Source: a virus
Taxonomy: Duplodnaviria > Caudoviricetes
DNA: 34,297 nt
IMG/VR virus record: IMGVR_UViG_3300010043_000002
Coordinates: 1 to 34,297 of that record
Reading direction: 5' to 3' (one strand)
The position numbers and the translations under genes are program-made. Numbering within the stretch: the stretch's first letter is position 1; every line of letters begins with the position of its first letter. The notes beneath the pieces were generated by a model, which did not search any database, was not told the DNA's origin, and saw nothing but the letters and a program-made list of their open reading frames with translations. Below are positions 25,644 to 34,209 of this stretch, piece after piece.

Positions 25644-26411
25644 TCACGCGCCGAGTGTCTTCTTGGCGCGCTCGAAATATTTTTCCCTATCGGCAAGCCC
25701 TGTATAACCGCCGTTGATCTTGTGCGTGATCTGTTTGAAATCGAGAGCGTCGGCAAGGTCATTGAGGCCATGCGATTTCCAGAAAGCGGCGGCGATGGTA
25801 AATGCATGCTCGGCCTTTTCGGCTAGCTCTGGATTCGAGATCAGATCGACGCCCAGAAGCTCGCCATACTTTTTGTAGTTCTCGCGGCCCGTGATCTGTA
25901 TCGGGCCTCGCCCCTTGAAGCGATGACCATCTCCCTTTTCAGTGTTGCCGAGATTCTTTGACAGTTCGGTGTGCGGTTCATACTTCTTTTGCTGATCGGT
26001 CGGCCCCCATATCTCAGCCATGTATTTCAGTTCGGCGGATTCGTGCGCGATCTGCGCGAGAAAGGCGGCGGCGCGTAAGGGCGTATTGATTTCGTGATCG
26101 ATCATCGCCTTGACGATGTGCGGCAGATATTCATCGCGCTTCGCGTCATGCAAATTCGGCATGATCGCCTTCAAATGAATGTCGGTTATGACGAAGGCAG
26201 GAGGCCCCGCATGACTGGTAGACTCCTGCCCCGGCGTCACGACGCCCACCTCGTCAGGCGCCGCGATCACAGCGACAACCGTATCGAAATCGAGATCATC
26301 AATTGCGGCGCCGCTCTCATCGGCTTGAATGAGCTTGGCGGCCCGCGCGCCCGATGACGCCGTGAACAGTCTTTCCGCTATTTGTTTTGCTTCGTCGCTT
26401 GTCATGGTCAA
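25644..26411 (-). CDS. Glycoside hydrolase family 19 (chitinase-like) endolysin
   Basis: AAFLAQIAHES, DG.RFKGRGPIQITGRENY, IT.KINGG..GL.DR. Confidence 0.92.
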   Translation of the reverse strand: MTMTSDEAKQIAERLFTASSGARAAKLIQADESGAAIDDLDFDTVVAVIAAPDEVGVVTPGQESTSHAGPPAFVITDIHLKAIMPNLHDAKRDEYLPHIVKAMIDHEINTPLRAAAFLAQIAHESAELKYMAEIWGPTDQQKKYEPHTELSKNLGNTEKGDGHRFKGRGPIQITGRENYKKYGELLGVDLISNPELAEKAEHAFTIAAAFWKSHGLNDLADALDFKQITHKINGGYTGLADREKYFERAKKTLGA

Positions 26412-27967
26412 TTTTCTAAACCTCGCGGCCCTATCCGATAGGCGCCGCCGCGAAATACAAGTCCGCCCTCGCCGTCCGCATGCAGCGTCGGCCGGCGTCC
26501 ATCCTCCTCGCCAACGTGATGGAAAAATATTGTTGGTTGCGTATGTCCTAAATGCTTTTTGACATCCAAATATTCAACCTTTGACACTTCGCCGAAGTTG
26601 CGTTTAGGGCCATCGTATAAGGGCGCGCCGTTGACCGATCCCAAATGCAATTTGCCTTTCGTATCACTACAGAGCCATGCCGAGCCGGCGACTGGTTTGA
26701 TAGTGCCTTCTTCCGTCGTGATGCTGACAAGCTTGCCGAGCTTCGCGAGACCCTGCGGAGTTCCATGTGGGAACCAGAGATCCCGCTCTCCAGAAACCGC
26801 GCCGGCGAACTCGCGACGGATCTCGGCGGGTGAAGGATTCCATTTCTTGTAGACTCGCGGCGCCGAGCTTTGACGACGACGCTTGCGCTCTGCGGCCACA
26901 CGTCGCCGGCCGCGCCCGCGCCATCCCATCGTGTCTGTAGCGCGGCGCGCAGTCGAATATTCATGGCGCATGCCTCTGCGCGTCGGATTGCGGCGCCTGG
27001 CGCTCGACGTGCGGCGCGTGGCTTTCTTCGTAGACTTGACTACTCGACTCGCGCGCTTGACGGTTTTCCGCTTAGGCGCCGCTCTCTTGACTGTCCGCCT
27101 GGCGCTCGCTTTCTTTGTTCTTTTCTTGGCGGACTTCTTGCGCTTGCGTCCTTCGCCAACCCGGCCCGGATCGTAGTCATATGACGCGCGTATGGGATGG
27201 AACACGCCCATATCATCGACAAAGCCGGCCGCCACATTGCTGCGCCGCTTGACGGTTCTCTTTGCGGCCCGGCGCGGCGCCGCTCTCTTTACCGATCTCT
27301 TAGGCGCCGCTCTTTTCACTGTCCGCCTGGCCGCCGCTCGCTTGACTGTCTTCTTGACTCTCTTCTTGACGGTTCTCTTTCGCTTGCGCGATTCGCCGGC
27401 CCTTCCGGGATCGTAGTCGTATGACGCGCGTATGGGATGGAACACGCCCATATCATCGACAAAGCCGGCCGCCACATTGCGTCGTCGTCTTCTCACTGTG
27501 TTTCGCTCCCTTTTCTCGTAGATATAACCAGTGTTGAGATCGAGGAAATCTTTTCCGCTGAGCTTCTGCGTCCCTTTTCCTTTCTTGTAATAGCGAATGC
27601 CGTATTTCCAGCCCTTGGGCGTTGACTCGGCTTGCTTCTTGATAACCAGATCGAAATATTTCGTCGTCCCGTCAGGATTCTTTTCGACCGAATAGCGATA
27701 GATATTTTTTGGGCCTGGCACTTTCCCTCTCACCTTTCGAATCGCAGAGCCGCGAGTAAACGCCGAGACAGTCTCACTGACGGTCTTTGTGTATTTCGGG
27801 ATCGCTTCAACCGTGTAAGACGGATTCGCCCTGGCCCGCACAGTCGCGGCCGCGATCCGTTTGGCTTCGCGCAATGAGGCGCCGCGTTCAAGTTCCGTTC
27901 GCAGGATGTGTTCATACTGGCGGTTCTGTTTGGCCGTCGCGCCCGCCAAGTGTTTTCGTCTTGGCAT
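26408..27967 (-). CDS. Highly basic modular DNA-condensing protein (histone H1-like KRAA repeats)
   Basis: RTVKRAAP repeats, duplicated NVAAGFVDDMGVFHPIRASYDYDPGR, globular C-terminal domain. Confidence 0.8.
   Translation of the reverse strand: MPRRKHLAGATAKQNRQYEHILRTELERGASLREAKRIAAATVRARANPSYTVEAIPKYTKTVSETVSAFTRGSAIRKVRGKVPGPKNIYRYSVEKNPDGTTKYFDLVIKKQAESTPKGWKYGIRYYKKGKGTQKLSGKDFLDLNTGYIYEKRERNTVRRRRRNVAAGFVDDMGVFHPIRASYDYDPGRAGESRKRKRTVKKRVKKTVKRAAARRTVKRAAPKRSVKRAAPRRAAKRTVKRRSNVAAGFVDDMGVFHPIRASYDYDPGRVGEGRKRKKSAKKRTKKASARRTVKRAAPKRKTVKRASRVVKSTKKATRRTSSARRRNPTRRGMRHEYSTARRATDTMGWRGRGRRRVAAERKRRRQSSAPRVYKKWNPSPAEIRREFAGAVSGERDLWFPHGTPQGLAKLGKLVSITTEEGTIKPVAGSAWLCSDTKGKLHLGSVNGAPLYDGPKRNFGEVSKVEYLDVKKHLGHTQPTIFFHHVGEEDGRRPTLHADGEGGLVFRGGAYRIGPRGLEN
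27168..27480. repeat. Intragenic tandem duplication, 240-bp period
   Basis: 27168-27240 and 27408-27480 are identical except for one synonymous base. Confidence 0.9.
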
Positions 27968-28443
27968 TACTTCTTTCTCCCGAACATCATGAAAAGCAGA
28001 AAGGCGCCGCCGCCTAGCACGACTAACTGCGCCGTGTTTTTAGAGACGCCAAAAGATGTAGCGATAGAATCGAAAAATCCCGTCTCTGTCCCGGTTGCGG
28101 TCGCCGGGACATAGGGCTGGAAAGCCAATTGAGCGGCGGCGCCGTTGATCGGAATGCCCGCCATCTGAAGGGCGCTTACCAATTGGCTGGCGAAGTCGCC
28201 GCCATTCGGCCAACTAGCCGTCGCCGTCCCGTCCACTCGCACGTAGGGCGTAGTGGCGCCGGTTGGAATCGTCGTCGTCACGTCATAGGCCCATCCGCCA
28301 TTGACTATCGCGTGAGTCACGGCGGCGGGATCAATGGTCGCGCCGGTCTCTATCGGGAATTGAAAGGCGAAAACCGAACCGCCCGCGAGCGCGCCCTGCG
28401 TCGCTACAGCGCCCATCAATTGGCGATAATGTGGATATGTCAT
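27967..28443 (-). CDS. Membrane-anchored virion protein, paralog 3
   Basis: LMGA.ATQG.LAGGS; GFFD.IATS.GV...TAQL; C-terminal TM followed by RKK. Confidence 0.8.
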   Translation of the reverse strand: MTYPHYRQLMGAVATQGALAGGSVFAFQFPIETGATIDPAAVTHAIVNGGWAYDVTTTIPTGATTPYVRVDGTATASWPNGGDFASQLVSALQMAGIPINGAAAQLAFQPYVPATATGTETGFFDSIATSFGVSKNTAQLVVLGGGAFLLFMMFGRKK

Positions 28444-28997
28444 TTCTTCCCCTTTCCGCCGCCTGTGGCCATCAGCACGATGAATAAACCGAATCCGCCG
28501 ATGATGAGTAATTGCGCCGTCCCGGTAGTGACGCCGAGAGAAGTAGCGATCTGATCAAAAAAGCCCTTTGGAGGCGGCTGCGTCGTCACTACGGGGGATT
28601 GCGTCCCTCCGGTCGGCGCGTATGGGACGAAAGTCAATTGCGCCGTTGACGCGTCAATCGGAAATCCAGCCACCGCGATGGCGTCGGCCAGGATGTTCGC
28701 GAAATCCTGCCCGCTCGAATAAGACGTAACCGCCGTGCCGGTCACTCGCACCTGCGGCGGCGCGCTCGCTCCCGCCGCTCCCATCACATAAGAGCCGAGA
28801 GGAACAGTGATCCAACCCGCGCTCTCAAGCGCGGGCGCTATGGCCGCTGGATCGAAGAGGAGCGTACCGTCTGCGGCGACGCTATCAGCGACGGCCATAA
28901 AATCGAATTGAATCGGAGAACCGCCCGCCAGTATTCCTTGCGTCGATGTCGCGCCTAATAGCCTTCTTGGGTAGCCGTAGCCGTAAAGACGTTTCAT
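28440..28997 (-). CDS. Membrane-anchored virion protein, paralog 2
   Basis: Start 28997 (TGATG overlap); clearly similar to 27967-28443. Confidence 0.8.
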   Translation of the reverse strand: MKRLYGYGYPRRLLGATSTQGILAGGSPIQFDFMAVADSVAADGTLLFDPAAIAPALESAGWITVPLGSYVMGAAGASAPPQVRVTGTAVTSYSSGQDFANILADAIAVAGFPIDASTAQLTFVPYAPTGGTQSPVVTTQPPPKGFFDQIATSLGVTTGTAQLLIIGGFGLFIVLMATGGGKGKK

Positions 28998-29638
28998 CAC
29001 TTTTTCACCAAAGCTAAAACAACTAGCAGGCCGACGCCTCCGACGATCAGGCCGCCCACTGTGCCCGCCGCGAGACCGCCTATAGGCGACTTGATGCCGA
29101 ACAGGCATGCGAAGTAATCGCCAAGGCCCATTGCGCTAAAATCGCATTGGGCAGGCGGTTGATTTTGATTCTGATTCGCCGCTTGATTCGTATATGGCGT
29201 GCCCTGCAATTGCGATCCCGGCGCCGTCCCATAAGGCGCGAATCGAAATTGAATCGTTGAATAGTCAATCGGATAACCGGCGTTTTTTATCGCTTGGTAG
29301 ATCTCCTCAGCGAACACCGTTGCGGACGGGTAAGAGGTTGTCGCATAGCCTGTAACCACGATGTACGGATTGACCACGCCTGCGGCCTTGTAGACATGAG
29401 TCGTATAGCTAAGGCCCAACTCCTCTTGAAGTAGGCGCTCGATTTCCGAAGGATCATACAACTTGAAAACGGTGTCGATGATTCCGGCGTTATAGCCGAA
29501 CTCAAAATAATTTCCGCCCGCCATCTCGCCTAAATTTTGCGGTATCGCGCCGAGCAGACCGGCGAGACCCCATGCCGGTTCAAATGCATTGCATCCGTCA
29601 TATCCACGCTGGCATCCCGCGCAGCATCCGCCGTTCAT
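28997..29638 (-). CDS. Membrane-anchored virion protein, paralog 1
   Basis: GGAGG RBS, ATGA overlap; LLGA...GEMAGG..FEF, PYIVVTG.ATTSY; C-terminal TM followed by KK. Confidence 0.8.
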   Translation of the reverse strand: MNGGCCAGCQRGYDGCNAFEPAWGLAGLLGAIPQNLGEMAGGNYFEFGYNAGIIDTVFKLYDPSEIERLLQEELGLSYTTHVYKAAGVVNPYIVVTGYATTSYPSATVFAEEIYQAIKNAGYPIDYSTIQFRFAPYGTAPGSQLQGTPYTNQAANQNQNQPPAQCDFSAMGLGDYFACLFGIKSPIGGLAAGTVGGLIVGGVGLLVVLALVKK

Positions 29639-30831
29639 GACGCCCTCCTGTGCCTGATGGTCGTTGCGTGGTCTCCATTGCCGCCGCTCAGGACAAGGAT
29701 GGCCAGGAGGCCGAGCCATAACCACCAGGGGATTTCGTCGAAGAATGACGCGCCCGATGGATTCGGCCCGCACACGCCGTTAAGCGTATTGAATGTGTAT
29801 CCGACCTGCGGACACTGCGGAATCAATTCACATCTGCGAGTCGCCGGATTCGACCAATAACCGACCGGACATCCGCCTCCCGCTACGCATGCCTCTGTCG
29901 TCGGATTGAAAACAGAGCCTGGATAGAGTTGCGCGCAGTTCGGAATCGGCATGCACCGCTGATATCGACGTGATTGATACTGCCCGGATGGGCATCCTTG
30001 TTGCGACGATGGCGGCGGTTGCTGTGGCGGTTTCGGCGCGGCGGCGGCCTGTTGCTGTTGCTGCGTCGTCGCTGGCGGGAAGGGCACGCATGAGTATGGA
30101 TCGTTTATCGGATGATAGTAGCCAGTCGGACAATAACCGGGAAGATTCGACCCGTAGGTCATGGGCGCGCTCGGCGCAGGCCCGAAGTCGATCAGAGGCG
30201 CCGGGAAAGTAAAATCCGGCAGCGGCGGAGTGTAGGGTATGGAGGGCGGAGTGGTTATATCCGGTAATGTGGGATTCCCCGGCTCCGTCTCCATCGGGAA
30301 TGTAAATTCTTGACCCGGAGGCACGGCGCCGAACTCTTCTTGAGGGCCATACGTCGGCCATCCTAAATCCGGTAACTGGTAGTAATCGGGCGGGACGGTT
30401 ACATCGGGCGTCGTTATATCGGGCGGCGCGGGCGGCGCGGGCGCGTATGGATCATATCCCGGATAACCTGTCGGTATGTCGTAGCCGAAACCGGGATCAT
30501 ATGAGGCGTCATACCCATAGTCATAGTATCCGGGATCGTAGAGAAAATCAGAGTATCCGCCGTAGTCATAACCGCCGCCGCCCCCGCCGCCAAAGTCGCC
30601 GTAATCGTAATAGTCATCGATAGCCAGAAGGCCGAGGCCCCGCGCGCGGTCGCGACTCCCTTTGTAGTATCTCGTCATCGCGCCCAACCCTCCGTTATGG
30701 CCAGAGGCGAAAAGCCAATCGGCGCCCGCGCGCTCGCATCTCTGCTCGCCCTCATTCCAGCGAAGCCCATGCGAGGCGCAATCCGGCAAAGAGCGCCAGC
30801 GGTTTTCCCTTTTGTCGAAATAGCGAGACAC
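29635..30831 (-). CDS. Tyr/Gly/Pro-rich protein with Cys repeats and a C-terminal membrane anchor
   Basis: CPTGYY, CPSGQY, CPVGYW, CPQVGYTF repeats; IPWWLWLGLLAILVL. Confidence 0.8.
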   Translation of the reverse strand: MSRYFDKRENRWRSLPDCASHGLRWNEGEQRCERAGADWLFASGHNGGLGAMTRYYKGSRDRARGLGLLAIDDYYDYGDFGGGGGGGYDYGGYSDFLYDPGYYDYGYDASYDPGFGYDIPTGYPGYDPYAPAPPAPPDITTPDVTVPPDYYQLPDLGWPTYGPQEEFGAVPPGQEFTFPMETEPGNPTLPDITTPPSIPYTPPLPDFTFPAPLIDFGPAPSAPMTYGSNLPGYCPTGYYHPINDPYSCVPFPPATTQQQQQAAAAPKPPQQPPPSSQQGCPSGQYQSRRYQRCMPIPNCAQLYPGSVFNPTTEACVAGGGCPVGYWSNPATRRCELIPQCPQVGYTFNTLNGVCGPNPSGASFFDEIPWWLWLGLLAILVLSGGNGDHATTIRHRRAS

Positions 30832-30835
30832 ACTG

Positions 30836-31117
30836 TCAATGCTTCCTTCCGCTGAAGATCAGCACTAGCGCGGCGATCCCTATTAGCCATAGCCCGGAGT
30901 TGCCAGTGAGAGAAAAGCCCGGTTGCCCTTGCCCGCTCGTTGCGTATGGATTCGTCTGATATGGCGTCCCGCCGCCGTATGGCGCATATCCCGGCGGGTA
31001 TCCAACATTGGTTGGCGCGTAGACATTCGTTCCCGGAGGGTAATAACCGGATTCGGCGACTTGAGCCGTTCGCGCCGCCGCTTGTATCGTATTGTTCGCG
31101 AAGTCCAACCAATCCAT
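30836..31117 (-). CDS. Small membrane-anchored protein
   Basis: GAGGAG RBS; Y/P/G-rich; C-terminal TM followed by RKH. Confidence 0.8.
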   Translation of the reverse strand: MDWLDFANNTIQAAARTAQVAESGYYPPGTNVYAPTNVGYPPGYAPYGGGTPYQTNPYATSGQGQPGFSLTGNSGLWLIGIAALVLIFSGRKH

Positions 31118-31127
31118 TTTTTACTCC

Positions 31128-31736
31128 TCAAAAAATCTCTTGCGATACTTCGAAGCCGCCTGTCTGTAGCGGTTGCCGATAGCCCATCGGCTCGCCGCTT
31201 GCGACCGCATCAAGCGCGATCCATGTTCCGTCTTCAAGCTCGGCCTCGACGTAGACATGCGAAGCCTCCCGGCCATCTACCCATTGAGCGACGAAGCGCG
31301 ATCGGATGCCGAGAGCGGCGAGCAGAGTCGCGAGCAGGACAGAGAGCGAGACGCAATCGCCCTCGCCTTTGAGCATTGTTCTTTTTGCGTCTTGCAATGT
31401 TTGTTCATTGAGCGGATGAGCGACGTATTGAATTTGATGCGCCGCGAAATCGAACAGGGCCGCTATCACATCCATGCGGGCATGTTGTGTTGCGCCGGAT
31501 GTGATGGCATGTGCGGCCCTGATGTTGAACTCGTCTTGATAACCGGAATATTCGGGCGCGAGACCGATCAGCACGGCGTCGCGCATGGCCGAGAGCGTGT
31601 CAAAGGTCGCGTCGTCGCCGGCCGGCAGCGCTCTATATTCGGTTGGATAGCTGATGGCGACGGGCGCGGGTGGTAGCGAGCTATTTGCATATTGAACGCC
31701 GCTTGCCGCCGTTTTAGTCGCGCCTTGTGTCGCCAT
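31128..31736 (-). CDS. Transglutaminase-like (papain-fold) Cys-His-Asp enzyme; putative protease
   Basis: GDCVSLSVLLATLL..LGI.SRFV, SHVYVE, WIALD. Confidence 0.85.
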   Translation of the reverse strand: MATQGATKTAASGVQYANSSLPPAPVAISYPTEYRALPAGDDATFDTLSAMRDAVLIGLAPEYSGYQDEFNIRAAHAITSGATQHARMDVIAALFDFAAHQIQYVAHPLNEQTLQDAKRTMLKGEGDCVSLSVLLATLLAALGIRSRFVAQWVDGREASHVYVEAELEDGTWIALDAVASGEPMGYRQPLQTGGFEVSQEIF

Positions 31737-31759
31737 AAAAGAAATTCCTTGCGGCGTGA

Positions 31760-31950
31760 AAGGCGACGATCAATATGCGGGCGGATAAAAACACCAATAA
31801 AAATGGGCTGTCAAGAGCTATTAGTTTGACTAATACCTGGCTAAGTGGTTATAAGCTGTACTTATAGCTAGTTCGATTCAGTGGCTTGTCAAATTCCATT
31901 CACGTCCATAAACACTGACGATTCACTGAGAAATATTTTTTCTACTTTGG
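31760..31950. promoter_or_regulatory. Divergent promoter region
   Basis: AT-rich gap; + strand TTGACT-18-TATAAG (31826-31855); two TTGACA hexamers on the minus strand; TATAAG-ctgta-CTTATA palindrome. Confidence 0.5.
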
Positions 31951-31963
31951 CTAAGGAGTAGTA

Positions 31964-33331
31964 ATGCCGAGAAGAAAAACAACCACGAAAGCCGAGACGA
32001 GAAGAAGGGCGCCCGCTGAAGTCGAGATCCTACCGGCAGAAGATCCGCCGCCGCTGCCAGGCCGCAAGACGCTGGTCGAGGCCGAGCATACGATCAAGTA
32101 TTCCGCGCCCGTGCCCGTAACCGTCGATCAGACGGGAGAAGATATGCTGATCGATGGCGTCGAGTATGAAGAGCAAGAGAGAGCCAGGCGCCGCAAGAAG
32201 ACATCGAAAGACGAGCGCGACGAGCTAAAGCGAGAAATGGACAAGCTCGGCGTCGCTTCGGTTTCTCGCCTGAAATTGTCCATCGACAAATACAGGCATA
32301 GTGAGTCTGACGATTCGGGCACGATGGCAGAAAAGGACTATTGCACTAAATATCCCGTCACTAAAGATCATATCTTGAATGAAGACTATCTCGACGTCGC
32401 GCGCAAGTATGGCCCCGGCCGATTCTGGTTTACGCTGCGAATGGATAATCAGATCGTCAGGCAATGGGAACGCAAGATCAATAACGCCCTGACGGCGCCG
32501 ATCATTCAATCAGTCAACCCGGCAGATCCGAACGCGCCGCAAGTGATCACGTATCCGATGCCGGACGCCAACGGCCATCAACCTGTCGGCCAGATGACCT
32601 GGCAAGAAATGATCAAGATGCAAGACTCGCTTTTTGAGCGAAAGCTGAAAGAGTTGAAATTATTTCGCGAGTCAATAGGCGTTGACATAGGGCAGCAATC
32701 GGCGCAAGCGGCGGTAACAGATCCGAAAATCGCAGCGCTGCAATTGATCGCCGACAACCCGGACGTCATGGAAAGGATCGGCAAAGGGATCGCGTCGACA
32801 GTACTCGGCGCGAAGCATGGCGACGGCGATCCTTGGGCTGAGGTCGCGATGGAAGCGGTTAAGAGCGGCCAGGCCGCGAACATGCTACGCTCGGCCATAG
32901 ATGCAATATTCAATGGGATCAATGGACTATTCCCTAAGCCGCAGAACGGCCCGCTCGCCGGCGTTCAACCGATGGCTCAAGCGCCGGCGCCGCAACCTGC
33001 GCCGGCCGAGGCGGCGCCCGTTTCGCAAGAGAGCGCCGCGCAGCATATGACGCTCGCGCCATCTGACGCGCTGATCATTCAATTGATCGGAGCGCTTGAG
33101 AGGAACGCCCCGCTCAAAGAGGCGCAAACCATTATCAATGTCGCCGTCTATCGCCATCCAGAGCTTGACGAATCAATCGAACAATTGCTCAACATGTCGG
33201 TAGACGAGATCATGGTCATGCTCACGGCCTATCATTCGAAAGTCGCCGAGATCCCACACGCTAAGCAATGGCTTGAGACATTGATCGGATCGCTCGCGGC
33301 GCCGAGCGATGGCCAGGAGGCGCCGCAATGA
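31964..33331 (+). CDS. Hypothetical large helical protein
   Basis: AAGGAG RBS; 455 aa; no recognisable motif. Confidence 0.8.
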   Translation: MPRRKTTTKAETRRRAPAEVEILPAEDPPPLPGRKTLVEAEHTIKYSAPVPVTVDQTGEDMLIDGVEYEEQERARRRKKTSKDERDELKREMDKLGVASVSRLKLSIDKYRHSESDDSGTMAEKDYCTKYPVTKDHILNEDYLDVARKYGPGRFWFTLRMDNQIVRQWERKINNALTAPIIQSVNPADPNAPQVITYPMPDANGHQPVGQMTWQEMIKMQDSLFERKLKELKLFRESIGVDIGQQSAQAAVTDPKIAALQLIADNPDVMERIGKGIASTVLGAKHGDGDPWAEVAMEAVKSGQAANMLRSAIDAIFNGINGLFPKPQNGPLAGVQPMAQAPAPQPAPAEAAPVSQESAAQHMTLAPSDALIIQLIGALERNAPLKEAQTIINVAVYRHPELDESIEQLLNMSVDEIMVMLTAYHSKVAEIPHAKQWLETLIGSLAAPSDGQEAPQ

Positions 33332-33531
33332 TCGAGGTTGAAGAAGTCCATCTCAACATCTCGTCAAATAACTTTGTTTATCTTGACATCAAGGTTGATG
33401 GCCGATGGCGCCGCATTATCAACGCCTATCATGCCGGGATTACTGATTACTATGTGTCCAATTTCGGCATGGAACTGGGAGACGGAACGATGGATGTCAC
33501 GGCGGATTATGAAATGGAGGTTGAGGAGTGA
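33328..33531 (+). CDS. Hypothetical protein
   Basis: GGAGG RBS; ATGA coupling. Confidence 0.65.
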   Translation: MIEVEEVHLNISSNNFVYLDIKVDGRWRRIINAYHAGITDYYVSNFGMELGDGTMDVTADYEMEVEE

Positions 33532-33857
33532 ACGTCGATATCTCTTCTTTCCTCACGCCGGACGGACGCTGGAATATGCTGCAAGACTGGCTAGAGGAAA
33601 GCCCAAAGCATCAGAGGACGCTCGACGCATGGCTTGAGATGACGCCCGAAGAAGTGTTCCCGGAAATAAGAGAGGTTGTCGCCGAGATCGCGACGCGCAA
33701 ATACGGGCCGCTCGCCGGCGCGCTCGTTCGCGTGACGAAGATGTCGGCCGAGCTGCGCGGGTGGATAGAAACTTTGCAAACCTGCTATCGCGATCGGAAA
33801 GGAATTTTCAAGGAGGAAAAGCATGTCGGAAAAAACAGACGAACAATCAAAGGCTGA
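33528..33857 (+). CDS. Hypothetical protein
   Basis: GTGA coupling; RBS. Confidence 0.7.
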   Translation: MNVDISSFLTPDGRWNMLQDWLEESPKHQRTLDAWLEMTPEEVFPEIREVVAEIATRKYGPLAGALVRVTKMSAELRGWIETLQTCYRDRKGIFKEEKHVGKNRRTIKG

Positions 33858-34209
33858 TTTCGATTTTGACTATATCACTCAAGCGCTCGGATTGATCCCG
33901 ATACAACAGGGCGAAGCGGCGATCAATCCTGGCGCGATAACCGATGTCTGCCGCGCGTCCGTCGAAGAGTCCGACGACGAAGGATGGATGATCACTCTAC
34001 AAGGCGGCGAGACATACCATCTGACGGATGACGAGATGAGCGAGCTTGAAGCGACTATCCGCGCCAGGGCGCAAACCGCGAAAGAGATGCAGAAAGAGGC
34101 GATCAAACAAAACATGAAATCTCAAGCGGAGGCTATGGCTGAGCTGTCGGCGAGTGTGGCGCCTGGCATGATAGTCGGCCCGGCGACGAATAAACGGTTT
34201 CGACAATAA
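33823..34209 (+). CDS. Hypothetical protein
   Basis: AGGAGG RBS; followed by a terminator. Confidence 0.75.
   Translation: MSEKTDEQSKADFDFDYITQALGLIPIQQGEAAINPGAITDVCRASVEESDDEGWMITLQGGETYHLTDDEMSELEATIRARAQTAKEMQKEAIKQNMKSQAEAMAELSASVAPGMIVGPATNKRFRQ

Noticed and set aside
27168-27480. DGR template/variable repeat pair
   Set aside because: No reverse transcriptase in the genome; both copies are in frame in one gene with a single synonymous difference
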